The position numbers were made by a program, and so were the translations under genes. Of a stretch of DNA of 64,000 nt, positions 33,194 to 45,384 are shown in pieces. The notes under the pieces are model-generated. The model ran no database searches and was not told where the DNA came from. It worked only from the letters and a program-made list of their open reading frames with translations. Every line of letters begins with the position of its first letter. The stretch's first letter is position 1. The DNA lies in NCBI GenBank assembly GCA_905178155.1, contig CAJINV010000012.1, positions 2,457,407-2,521,406 of the forward strand. Direction: 5' to 3'. This stretch comes from Amoebophrya sp. A120. Taxonomy: Eukaryota; Protista; Dinoflagellata.

Positions 33194-36100
33194 CTAGTTT
33201 CCAAATAACAGCGTCGTCTGTATCCAGGCGGAGAGCGGCTCCCGTCGGTTTTTCAAGTTCGTGGAAGTGACCCGGTACTCGTGCAGCAACGCGTACAACT
33301 ATGAGAGTGCACAACTCCCCCTTCCCCTCATTTGCATGGCGTGAAGTGCAATACAAACATCAGTACAGCTACAGCTACAGGTGGACCCTGTGCATGACAA
33401 GTTCATCATGCGCCGAGTGTTGAAGCACTGTTTGGAATTTCGGCATTTTTTATCATGCATGCAGTGCTACGTGGGAGCAACTGGATTTGGTTTTTTGCAT
33501 GACAAATAAGGGGGAGGGGGGGTAGCCGTGCACTCTCGTAACAACAAACCCGCGCGGATGTTTTTCGTCCGGACGAGTTCCACGATCGACTCGAGCGATT
33601 CGGTCTATGGGACTCTCAAACGTTACATGCTCAACTGCTACATGGATTTGTCATGCAAAACTACCTTAAGCCGCCAGATAATCAAGCTGCTTCGCATGAC
33701 AAATTTCCGAAGGACTAAATAGCATCTAAATCTGTGCCAAATCTGTGATGCGAGGGCAGCAAGCTTGCCCCCTTGGCTGTTGCTCTTCTTGCATTGCAAA
33801 TTCATGTAACTACAGCTGAGAATGTAACTACAGATGAGAACGCCATATGGTTACCGATTGCCGTCCCTCCATCCCCTTCGCTTCACCCGACATGGGGCCC
33901 TTTATCATTTTCCCCGCGTCCAGCTGGCATTTCGCTGTGGACACCCGGAGTTCCTGCACGCCGACTTGGGCGCAAACAATCCACCTGTGTAGTTTGATGA
34001 GTCTTTTGTTCAGATCAGAGTGACAATACGAATTAAAATATCTGATAGACGAGGTGTGATGTCTCGAGGGCAGGCTGTAGTTGTGATGCTCTCTAGTATC
34101 GTCACCGGGGAGGGATGAGGCATGCTGTGTAAGTACAACGCAGATGAAAGCTTTAGGAGGCTTGTATGCAAATCCAAATCCAACTACAAGTGAAATTCAG
34201 CAGGACAACATATTGGAAAAACGAAGTTTATACCATAGCAGCACCCACGCCATCTGGTTGTCTATGTTCGTTCCCCCCAAGTGGGTTAGAAAGGAATATG
34301 GCAGCACCACCACCCGCTTTGTCTTTTCGGGGAAAAATGCGTCGACGGGCTCCTTTGGAGCGGCCTAGAATTTGTATAAATTCAAATGTATAGTTGCAAG
34401 CTAGTTTATTTGTGAGACAATCGCGTTAATAGCATAAGCTGCATGGGTGCGCAATACAAAAAAAAATGCACTTCTTACCTCCACCGCTGGGGCGGGGTTA
34501 TCGGTGTCTTCCTCCTCGTCTGGCTCTTCCTTCTCTTTCACTTCGGGCACAAAGGACCTCTATCGCACGAAAAAAACGACTTTTCATTTTCACTGTACAC
34601 TTGTATTGCACAGCATGGACCATGGAGGTATTTGTTCTCTTGTTGTACATGCAAGGCACGACTTCTGCATTTCTGCAAGCCGGTTTTATTTCCACCCTTG
34701 GGCGACACGCATCGCAAATGTACTTTTGTTGTCGTGTAGAACTACATCAAATTTGCGAAGTAGGTGCAAACGTTGCAAATTCGTTACAGTGAAGCCCTTT
34801 TCATTTTTTCCTGCGATAATCTCGGCTTCAGCGCTATTCTTATGGCGTCGAGTGTCTCCGGTGTCGTTTTTTTCGAAGAGAAAGCGCAGGAAACTACTTC
34901 ACAGGGAGACTCGCCAAGCGGACCTGATCATGATTCGTTCATGTACGTGGTTCAATTTGATCATTCGTTGGTCGTGGTGGAGACTTTATCACTTGTTAAT
35001 ACAGACCTGAATCATGCTACGTCCTGCTATGCGAGATGAAAGGAAGCAAACGCAGCTGCTGCGTGCACAATTTTTTTCTTCACAAGTTGTACACTACAAG
35101 AAGTCTCATCATCAATCTGTAGTAATAAACAACTTCTCTTCCTCTACCTTCAGAGAAAGCCGGGTCCGCTGCTGTTCTCCCGTCTGAATACCCCTCTTCC
35201 CGCGGTATACACCGAAAGTCCTCCCCCATTTCGCAGGTTTTGCGGGCCGATCGGACCGACAGCCACTCCTTCGATAAGTATGGCAGTGCACTACAACTCC
35301 CCCTCCCTCTCATTTGTCATGCAAAATCCCAAATCCAGTCGCTGTCGCTTCCACCCTGTGGCGCTGTTTGCATGGAAAATTTCGAAAGCCAGAACAGTAC
35401 TACAGTAGGCGCATAAAAAATTTCTCATGCACACGCTCCAGGGTCGCTGGCGTTTGTATTGCCGTTCATGCTATAAGTACAAATGAGGGGGATAGGGAGT
35501 AGTTGTGCACTGTCATAATAGGTCCGCCTTCTCGATGAACGGCAAAAACGCCATGGCCTGGACGTGGGAGGCAAAAAAGGCCTCAACCGCATCATAGGAC
35601 TGCCCGAGAAAATCGCCGCCATACCTTTATTTTTGTTTCGTCGTAAAATTTTTGCACCATCAAAACCCGAAATTGTACTAACGAACGGTCATGCACATGT
35701 TCTCGATTTGCGTGGCAGGCTCTATGATGCGCACGCACGACATCATCGTGCATGATATAAGGAACAACAGCACTCACCTTTATTCGTGAAGACCGCAGGC
35801 AAGCCTGCTATGCATAGTAATAGATCTACCTGCTCGACTGCAGTTCCATCACCCGAACCAGTTCCTCACTCGTCCTTGGGGCGAGCGCGTCCCCGGATTC
35901 TTCCAAAACAAGCTCGCACGTATCCATCAAGAAAAGACTGTCGGTGTAAGAAGAAGTAGCTCTGTGATCATGCGCCGCAACATGCAAGATGATTGCGTTT
36001 GTGTTTGTCATGCTGCAGGTCATGATGCATGCGTTGTTGTAGCGTCATAATCCAAGCTGCGCGTCTTCACGTACAATTAGAATTACCTGGGTGTGAAGAC

Positions 36101-37886
36101 GAGCTATTAATTGCTGTGATGATGCAAGCCAAATGTGTTCTATCTTCCAAACAAGTTCAGCACACCTGCAATCTTTTTTTCTTGGATAGCACTTGTCCAG
36201 CGAGCATTCTGTCGCGGACCAGAAGGACATGTCAACTCCCACATGAGGCTCGACGAAGGACCGCCTGGTTGTTACAAGATTGAGGCTCATCGAACTATAG
36301 CTAAAGAAATCCGGAGGGTTTTCATGCAGGTCATGCAGCATGACAAACTGCACATCAAGAACTACCTTCTCTTCCCCGGAGACTGGCTTGCGCTTTTGCC
36401 ACCGCCACCGCCGCCCTCCGCGTCCTCATGCTGGCCCCGGATCAGTGTGAGTGACCTCGAGCCCCACTTGGCGTACACATTTTGCCGAAACTCCTTTTGT
36501 CTTTCCTTGAAGCCTATGCATCACAAAACCGACCGTACTCGTATAAATGCATTACAAATTTCCTCAGCATGAGAAATAAAATTTGCAATGCGGATTTGCC
36601 TCAAGAAAAATATTTGTAATGCAAGACTTGCATTTATACGAATACGATACTTTTGTACAGGATAAAAGCTTCCAGCTCCTCATCTTCCTCTCTTTCAAAC
36701 GACGGCTTGAGTTGAGAGATATGATGCTCGAAATACCTGGTTTGGGTTTTGATCGCACCAGTCCCTTTGACTTTTGCTTTTGCATGCGCACACTGCATAC
36801 GAAACTCCTTCTGTCATGCCCTGCTCATGAATGCTGCATCACGACCGCAGATAATAAAAGTATCAATTTCATATATACCTCAGCACCGCGCACAGCTTCT
36901 GCGCTTGCTTGTGGTCGTTTGCACGGAAAAATTTTCGAAAATTCAAACTCTGAATCGCATCGGTGAGTGGTTTATCCAATGCAAAAATATCGCACTCGTG
37001 CTAATTCTTGCGAATATGCACTACAAATTTGATTTGTCATGCTGCGCTAATTTATCGTAATGCAAATTGAATTTGTACTAGTACGATGCTTTCGCAATGC
37101 ATATGGTTCGGGAAGGATGCAGAAGAACGCCCCTGCTAATAGGTAGACACACTGCTTTTCTGTTAGCGTCACCTGTTGTGATGAAATGTTGCTGTTTATT
37201 GCGGATTCAACATGATCCAAAGGAGGTGTCATGATACAGTACGACCGATGTACTTACTACAGTAGTAGTTCCATGACCGCATTTTTTCTTCTTGTAGTTC
37301 TTTCTGCAAATCAATCTAGGCGCCTGTGCAAGAAGTAGTCCAACTTCTGTAGAACTCCCAATCGTGTTCTTGTACCTTCCCCGACTTCCCCGCTCGCAGG
37401 ATTGGCACCGGGTCGGGGAAATGAGTGGGAAACTGCCTGGCCCATTCTTGTATCTTTGGCAAGATGTTGGTGTAAAATTTTTCGTGCAGTTTCGGGTCGA
37501 TTTCGGACATATCCTGTGCAAAAGTATCGTACTCGTAGTTATTGCATTGATGCATTACAAATCTGCTTGGTTTCTCAAGGTAAATCAGCATCACAAATTC
37601 AATTTGTAATGTTGGGGGAATTTGTAATGCGATTTACACGAGTACGATGCTTTTGCATTGCATAGGACACCTGCTGCAGCAACGCCGGGATCTGCTCAAA
37701 TTGGTCCGCTTTTTTCAGCGATCCCGCTACCTCGGCCAAGAGGACGAGCGTGTCGCGCAGCGCTTCGGGCGTTTTCAACGTGGCTTTCTCCAAGCCCTCG
37801 CGAATGGTCTTCCATACCTCCTTCTTTCTGCCCCCGAACTTGAAATCGATCACGTTCGGATTGGGGGGCGGCTCGCCACGAGGCAT
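33194..37886 (-). CDS. Divergent poly(ADP-ribose) glycohydrolase (PARG)-like protein, multi-exon
   Basis: FYTNILPKIQEWARQFPTHFPDPVPILRAGKSG and VTLTEKQCVYLLAGAFFCILP resemble the PARG accessory helices; C-terminal IVELVRTKNIRAGLLYALLHEY resembles the PARG terminal helix. Recognised by eye; internal junctions partly unresolved. Confidence 0.65.
33300..33540. mobile_element. TIR introner-like element (family C)
   Basis: TIRs; DR acaac/acaac. Confidence 0.9.
33606..33847. mobile_element. TIR introner-like element (family J, opposite orientation to 3862-4557)
   Basis: TATGGGACTCTCAAACGTTAC..TGAGAACGCCATA; flanks cggtc/tggtt. Confidence 0.82.
35279..35517. mobile_element. TIR introner-like element (family C)
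   Basis: TIRs; DR ataag/atagg. Confidence 0.88.
36515..36665. mobile_element. TIR introner-like element (family A)
   Basis: CGTACTCGTATAAATGCA inverted pair; flanks aagcc/aagct; right end +/-1 nt. Confidence 0.82.
36973..37103. mobile_element. TIR introner-like element (family A, short)
   Basis: TIRs; DR tggtt/tggtt. Confidence 0.88.
37510..37664. mobile_element. TIR introner-like element (family A)
   Basis: TIRs; DR ggaca/ggaca. Confidence 0.9.
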
Positions 37887-38776
37887 GATTTCGGTTTGCG
37901 TGGTCAGTTCTTGATCTTGAGGCCTCTTGTGAACAAGCTGTCGGACAACTTCTTTTAACGTCTACTGGTGTTTGTGAAGAGGCTAATAAACGACCTTCCT
38001 CTTGTCCACCCCACTGGTCGCTCGTACTAACTTCAACAATCCTGATTTATCGATATATGTTGTGGTTTACTTGTTCTTGGTTATACAAAACCGGCTAGTT
38101 TTTGATTTTTCTCTGCGCAGCACCAGGGCCGACAAACTACTTTTTACGAAAGGGTACAAACGCGTCGAGAAGACTGGTACTTCTACCCACACAAGAACGA
38201 CGAACGATGAAGCAACGATAGCGATAACCTATAAGAAGGTAGCGAAAATAAAGAAGGAACCCAATCCTAACAGGTCGTCTCAGTCCCTCGATCTATTCGC
38301 TCCTGAATCACTTAAAAAACCAAGACCAACCTTGGACCGTCGTAACAACAGAAAGTACTATGCAGTTAACCGCTGCACGACTCACGACGAGGAGTTCTTT
38401 CAGCTACAAGAACACACGACGTCGCTTTATTGCACCACACCTCCAAAGAGCTAAGGGCCGCGTGGAGATCGAATGAGTTTCTTGACAGAGATGAGGTTAT
38501 TTGAAGAAAGCGACTTATGCACTTAACGATTGTTGTAAGTAACTATCCGTCGAAATTTCTATAACGCTGAATTTCGTAACCCGCTGCACCACCAGCAGCC
38601 TGAATAGGTGTCGGAAGAAGTACTTAGACTGATGTTCCCGTGGTTCCCTTGCAGCATTTAGAAGTCCAACACGCTCCGCCTCATCAACAAATGTGTTTCC
38701 ACTCACCACCAAGCTGCAATTCTCGGGACCAAAATGATCACCGATCGTGGTGCTTCTCCACGACCTATCCTGCTCC

Positions 38777-41141
38777 TTACAAGAACATTTTCTTCCGGCT
38801 GACTTGCGAGTCGGGTCGCCACTGGTACTCGTATTCTCCGTTTTTTGAGTCGAAAGTCCCGTTCTGTAGGTACCGGAGCTTCAGCGTAAACCGGGGTCCG
38901 ATCTCTTTTAGGCCCGCGCGGACAAGTTTCTCCCCGCTGTCGTTTACATACCCGTCTTCATCTTCTGAATTCGCTTCACCCGCGTTTTATCGTATGTAAA
39001 AACGACCCCACCACATAGAAGTTGTAATGTAAATCTGCATGCTGAGAATGTTTCTCATGCGGATCCGCCCCATGAAAAGCATTTTCTACAGTTGTGCTTT
39101 GGAATGTGTCATGCTCCAATTATCACCATGGTATGCTAGATCTGTGATGCCCAGCATCGCGGCGCGCTCCTTTTGAGCTAGTTCAGCGGCAATTGCTGAA
39201 CTAGCTCAAAAGGATTGCACTACGAGAACCAGCTTGTCATGCGCAACATACAACCAAAGTTTGTTGATTTCGCGTAGCAGATTTCCCATCCTGAGTAAGT
39301 AACTATGCAAAGGTGGGGACGTCGTTTTTAAACAGGATACCTTCTTGCTTTTCTTCTTTCTCTTCTCTAGCGCTTTCTTCCGCAGGGCTGCCGCGTCATC
39401 CAGGTCGGAATCTTCGGAATCATTCATGTCTATCGAAAGGAAAGATCCCCCCTCCCGCCCCATATCAAAACAAAACTTCTGATGCTGGATTTGTGTACAC
39501 AGATCCGACCTGTCTTGCTGGAGAGCACTGCAGGCCCATACCAAGCGTGAGTAGAGAGGTTTTGGCCTAGGCGCTTAGCATGAAAAACGTCCGTGCTGTA
39601 GGCCCAGCAGCATGACAAACCGCCCGCATAATGCGGCGGAGCCTGCGGAGTTGCCTTCTTGCAAGACAGACGCGATTTGTGATCACAAATCAGCATCACA
39701 AATTTCCAAAAATATACCTTTTGAGTATGGGGAAGGGGAATTTTTTCTTTTGATAATGTCCTCGTCCTCGTCCATATCGTCGTCAGAACCTTCCTCGTCC
39801 TCACTGTCGCTGTCCTTCTTTTTCTTCTGTTTTGCCCCGGTCCTCTTCGACCCCTTAAATTCGTACCGGTAGTGCCGGAAAAAGATGAAGTCCCGCTGGT
39901 TGTGGAAGGTGACCGACCTTCTCCCGTTGAAGTCCGGCTTCTGCGGAAACGCCGTGGCGAGCTGGCGCGCGACTCTGCGGCCTAAGCGGGTGGAAAAGTT
40001 GTTCAACAGCAGCTCCGGATTCGCGTCGGAATTGCAGTACGTCGACTGATATCAACTGCAAAAATGTCTGGGTCTGGAAACTTGTAATGCTAAAAGAGAA
40101 TGATAGACGCGCCGCAGTACGCAGCTATGCATGACAAATTTTGTGGCTGCCATGTCTTACGTATTCCGCATGGCAAACTGCCTTTTCGCGTCACAGTTAA
40201 GAGGGCTCTTTCGTGCCTATGCAACACAGATTCTTGAGTCATGCCAGACAAGCATGACAAACTTGCACTCTTCCAGACCCAGACACTTTTGCATTTGATA
40301 ACTGATTTCTGCGCATTTCCTGGCCGAGTTTGAGTTTTGTCAATTTGAAGAACGCGGTGGGGCCCTCCGGCAGGTTGCAGATGTACATGCCGTTCACCTT
40401 TTTCTTGTTCTCGGTGACCACCATGAGCATGGTGAAGTCCCGTTTCTTCGCGTACTCGATGATTTGCTTCAACGATAAGCCCTTCCGCTTGTAGTACTTC
40501 GTATTCGGAATGACCTCGACAAGCTCCTTTAAAAAGTCGAACATTTTTGTGCTCGGCTTCAGGTTCGTGGTCAGCATGATCTTCGGCTCCGTTTCGAAGT
40601 TGAAATGGGGCGAAAATTCGTCGTTTTCCTCGTCATTTGCGATCTCTTCGTCCAGAGCGGTGGTTTGGTCGATAATCGTTTCGTTCTCCTCCCGCATCAT
40701 ATCCACGGTGACAGCGCCCGCGCCCTTTTTCGGAAAACCGAGGGCCTGATAATTCATTTTGATGAGACGCAGATAATGATAATCCTCGATACAGAGATTT
40801 ACGATTCAGTTTCTTTCAAAAAATCGATTCTGAAGCAGGAGGGTTGTAAGCAGGAATAGTACAAACTGTAACTGAGGCTGCTGTTACTATATAATATCTG
40901 AAAATACCTCTGGATCCTCGCCATTTTCCTCCGCCTCCTTCCTGCCTTTTCTGATTTTTTGTTTTTTCAGCTTTTTCGCCCTTTTGTCCTTGTCGTGCAG
41001 TTCGGATCGCATGATTTTGTCTTTCACATGTTTGAAACTGTTATCCTCCTGCTTGCCGCAAGCCGGCTTGGTGTTCCGTCGCTTCTTTGCCAGTTCGATG
41101 GCCAGCTTGCGCTGTTCCTTCTTTACGGCCTTCTTCACCAT
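38777..41141 (-). CDS. RPF1: Ribosome production factor 1 (Brix-domain protein)
   Basis: EPKIMLTT, NLPEGPTAFFKL, PELLLNNFSTRLGRRVAR, VTFHNQRDFIFFRHYRYEF, LKEIGPRFTLKL..GTFDSKNGEYEY..SRKKMFL*; one GT-AG intron (40746-40907) and three TIR elements. Confidence 0.93.
38988..39339. mobile_element. TIR introner-like element (family D)
   Basis: TIRs; flanks cgttt/ccttc; removal +5 nt gives in-frame SKKAGEANSEDEDGYVNDSGEKLVRAGLKEIGPRF. Confidence 0.9.
39431..39755. mobile_element. TIR introner-like element (family H)
   Basis: TIRs; DR atgtc/atgtc. Confidence 0.9.
40050..40300. mobile_element. TIR introner-like element (family B)
   Basis: TIRs; DR actga/actga; frame restored (RRNQSTYCNSDANPELLLNNF). 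Confidence 0.93.
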
Positions 41142-42719
41142 TGTTTTTTTTTGTAAAGTAATATTACAGATTACTTCTAACGAAGAGGAAAGATGATGAG
41201 AAAAAAAGACAGGAGAGACGAGAAGTGTTGTTGCGTGGTGGTCGAAATGGGAGATCAAGTAGCTGCAATACTCAATTAGGGGTACAACAACTCGTAGCAA
41301 GAATGTCTGTCCGTCGATTGTACTGATCTACAGATCTGAAAAACTTGTCGCATTCACGATACTGTGCACGACCTTTCATCAAGATGAAACTACATGAAGA
41401 TAAAGCTATCTTGATGTCTCGCAGCTGGTGATGTTGTACAGGGTCTATTCCAAGAAGGGAGGTTTCTTTTCTTTCTCATCGACGAAGCAATCGCGTCTAT
41501 ATTATTTTGCCTCCAACTCTCTCGTCGGGGCAACTGCTAATGCTATCAAAAGAACTTGCAACTTCTACTTGCAAACTCCTTCGCGCCATATTTTCATCAA
41601 TGTAAGGGGCTAGATGAAGGAAATTACACACACTACAATCCACCGAACGGAATGAACCAAAACCAAAAGCGCCGTCGTGATCCAAGAGCATTTGCACTAG
41701 CGCTGTCATCCCATGACTTTTCCACCATCATCCAATTTTCATCTCTGGTGATCTAGATCTCCTTTCTCTATATTTCGATCAGAAGGTCAACACAGAGATT
41801 CTCCTGGTGAATTAGTGCGCACTTATTTTCAAGACCATGATCATTGTCTTTGTCAGCATCATTAATTTTCATTGTGTCTTTCGCTAAGATTTGATCTGTC
41901 GATCATGAAGCACATTTCGACCACCGCTCAGCACATCTAAAAACTTGCTTCCAAAAATTCCAGAAGTTTTCTACATCTTTTCGTACCTCCGAAACAGGCA
42001 GAGAAGAGCAAATCAGTGTGACTAAGCGAGCAAGAACAACGTGATTTTCGATCTTCTTGAGCAACATCAAGGATTATATAACATTCATTGAGCAACGTAC
42101 AAGGAGTAAAAACAGTGCGGCTTTTCAAGAGTCGCTACAGCAAAACTTATTTGCTTTGACTGCAAGCGCAGTAGTAGTTCATCTTCCACCCGATGCTAAC
42201 GAAATAGGGGTAGTAGAGGAGTTGATGCTACAAAATCATGCGTAAGCTAAGGTGGATAACAATACCCACGCAAGAGCATCAAGAGCACAACATCTTTTAC
42301 AGGAGGGTTCCAGCAGGAGTCCGCACAGTATTCTTTCCACGCAGAAATCATGCGCTGGGCTGCGACTGTCTAAGTTAGTAGTGTAAGATCAGTAACTTGC
42401 TAAAAAAGAAGTTGTCCCTCCTGCTTCAAGAGCTGAAATACCGACGAATTTGAGCCCACGCTAGAATTGCAACAACATAATTATAATAATAGTGAAACGA
42501 ACTTGGCCTCCCCCTTTGCTATAATCTATAGGAGGCACTTAGAAAAATAATTCTAAACGAATGTGCTTAGAAGGTCTCATCTAGAAGCTTCGTGTAACAG
42601 ATTGAACGCGTTCCCGTTATCTGTACCCCGTACCGTCGTGCAAAGTGTTATCCTGCACGCCCTGGCGAGCATGTGAATGCCAGCACCAGAATGGCCAGAG
42701 TGGCCGAATCATGTGAATG

Positions 42720-44110
42720 AATGATGGCCGGAAGCTCCTTGCCCAGCCGGGCGGGGCAAAAGTGACGGCGAGCGGCTCCTTGGCCATCACCTCCGCTCGA
42801 GCAAAGTTGAAACTTTTGGCCATCACTTTCCGGCCGGGCAACAGTGGTGGCCAAGAGCTCGTCGGCCACCACTTTCCGCTGGCTCGGACATAAGTCATGG
42901 CCGAGAGCCCCTTGGCCATGACTTTCCGGCCGGGCAAAAATGATGGCTAACTAAGGGCCCCCGCCGGCCTGGCCATCAATTTTGGCCATCACCTTCCGGC
43001 CCGCCGGGCAAAAGAGACGGCCAAGGGCAGGAGCTCCTGGGCCATCACTTTCCGCTTCCGGTCGGGCCCTTGGTCACTCCTTTGACTTTCCAGCCGGGCA
43101 AAAATGGTGGGCAAGAGCTCCTCGGGTGCCATCATTTTCCGGCGGGCCGGGTAAAGTGGTGGCCAGGGGCTCCTGAGCCTTCACTTCCCGGCCGGGCAAA
43201 AGTGATGGCCGAGAGCTCCCTGGCCATCGCCTTCCGCCCGGGCAAAAGTCCTCGCCAAGAGCCCGCTGGCCATCGTTTCCCGGCGGGCCGCTGGCTCGGG
43301 CTGAAGTAATGGCCTAGAGCCCCAGGGCTATCACTTTGGGCGGGCAAATTGTGAAAACCGACTTCAAGTCCGAATCCCCCTGCTGTCGTCGGGATGTTTG
43401 TTGTCGCGAAAGCCTTCGCGACGGCATCCGGGCGACAATAGGGGGACTCGGACCTGAGAGCGGTTTTCACAACTTGCAGCCCAAGCGTGAGAGCCATTCC
43501 CAACCTCGAGCCCCCCTGTTGTCGTCAGGATACTGTCGCGAAGGGCTTCGCGACAGTATCCTGACGACAGCAGGGGGACTCGGACTGGAAAAATGGGAAA
43601 GCCATTTTCTCGAGTCCGAATCCCCCTGCTATCGTCAGGATACTGTCGCGAAGCGTATCCTGACGACAGCGCGGGGCCTCAAGCAGCTTGAAGCTGGTTT
43701 CTTTCGATAAAAAAACCCTTTTCAAGCGCTGGCAAAAGTGATGGCGAAGAGCTCCCTTCCTGGGCATCGCCTTTCGGCCGGGCGCAAGTGATGGCCAAGA
43801 GCCCCCTGGCCGCCAACGTGGCCATCGCTTCTCGGCCGGGCCAACGTGATGGCCAAGAGCCCCGCGGCCATCGCTTTTCGTTCGAGCAAAAGCGATCGTG
43901 GCCATCGCTTTCCGGTCCGGCAAGAGTGGTGGCCGAGAACTCCGCGGCCATAACTTTTTGCCATCGCTTTCCGGTCGGGCAAAAGTAACGGCCAGAAGCT
44001 CCCTGGCCATCACTTTTCGGCCGGGCAGAGAAAAACGGTGGCGACAGCTCCTTGGCCATTACCTTTGCCCAGCGCTTTACTGTCGGGCAAAAGTGATGGC
44101 CAGTAGTTCC
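42720..44110. repeat. Satellite of ~45-bp palindromic units with an embedded second palindromic module
   Basis: Many degenerate copies of GGCAAAAGTGATGGCCRAGAGCTCCYTGGCCATCACTTTCCGGCCG; 43340-43700 has TACTGTCGCGAAGGGCTTCGCGACAGTA and GGGGGACTCGGAC/GTCCGAATCCCCC; runs into the gap. Confidence 0.85.
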
Positions 44111-44815
44111 NNNNNNNNNNNNNNNNNNNNNNNNNNNNNNNNNNNNNNNNNNNNNNNNNNNNNNNNNNNNNNNNNNNNNNNNNNNNNNNNNNNNNNNNNN
44201 NNNNNNNNNNNNNNNNNNNNNNNNNNNNNNNNNNNNNNNNNNNNNNNNNNNNNNNNNNNNNNNNNNNNNNNNNNNNNNNNNNNNNNNNNNNNNNNNNNNN
44301 NNNNNNNNNNNNNNNNNNNNNNNNNNNNNNNNNNNNNNNNNNNNNNNNNNNNNNNNNNNNNNNNNNNNNNNNNNNNNNNNNNNNNNNNNNNNNNNNNNNN
44401 NNNNNNNNNNNNNNNNNNNNNNNNNNNNNNNNNNNNNNNNNNNNNNNNNNNNNNNNNNNNNNNNNNNNNNNNNNNNNNNNNNNNNNNNNNNNNNNNNNNN
44501 NNNNNNNNNNNNNNNNNNNNNNNNNNNNNNNNNNNNNNNNNNNNNNNNNNNNNNNNNNNNNNNNNNNNNNNNNNNNNNNNNNNNNNNNNNNNNNNNNNNN
44601 NNNNNNNNNNNNNNNNNNNNNNNNNNNNNNNNNNNNNNNNNNNNNNNNNNNNNNNNNNNNNNNNNNNNNNNNNNNNNNNNNNNNNNNNNNNNNNNNNNNN
44701 NNNNNNNNNNNNNNNNNNNNNNNNNNNNNNNNNNNNNNNNNNNNNNNNNNNNNNNNNNNNNNNNNNNNNNNNNNNNNNNNNNNNNNNNNNNNNNNNNNNN
44801 NNNNNNNNNNNNNNN
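44111..44815. other. Assembly gap
   Basis: Run of N. Confidence 0.99.
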
Positions 44816-45110
44816 GCGGCTAAAGGGCTGACGGCGGGCCGGCGTCCTGGACGCCGGACCGCAAAAGGCGTTAAAGCGGCGAGGCCGCTAGGGCAAGCGC
44901 AGGCGCGGCAACGCGGCTAAAGGGCTGGCGGCGGGCCGGTGTCCTGGACGCCGGACCGCAAAAGGCGTTAAAGCGGCGAGGCCGCTAGGGCAAGCGCAGG
45001 CAGGCGCGGCAACGCGGCTAAAGGGCTGACGGCGGGCCGGCGTCCTGGACGCCGGACCGCAAAAGGCGTTAAAGCTGCGAGGCCGCTAGGACAGGCGCAG
45101 GCGCGGCAAC
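44816..45110. repeat. GC-rich tandem repeat, ~98-bp unit, 3 visible copies
   Basis: GCGGCTAAAGGGCTGACGGCGGGCCGGCGTCCTGGACGCCGGACCGCAAAAGGCGTTAAAGC... repeated. Confidence 0.9.
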
Positions 45111-45384
45111 GATCTTCCTCGCGGCAGGCAGCGCTATGCTTTTCAACCTTCTCGCCACATTCTATTCGACTCCAAGCCAGACCTTCTGAACACATTCCCA
45201 TCTTTAGAATTATCTTTAAATCTACTAGCCCAGCGGGCGTCCGGGGCGCCCGCGTCAAGAGGCTAGTAGAGATACATATGATCTTCGTATGTTTTACTTA
45301 TTTCAAAAAAGTCGCAAAAATGCAGCCCCTCTGTCCCGCCCGCCAGCAGGCACGACCACAGGAGTAGAGGACAATAAAAATACG

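Noticed and set aside
43898-44920. 340-aa ORF
   Set aside because: Artefact spanning satellite DNA and the N gap.
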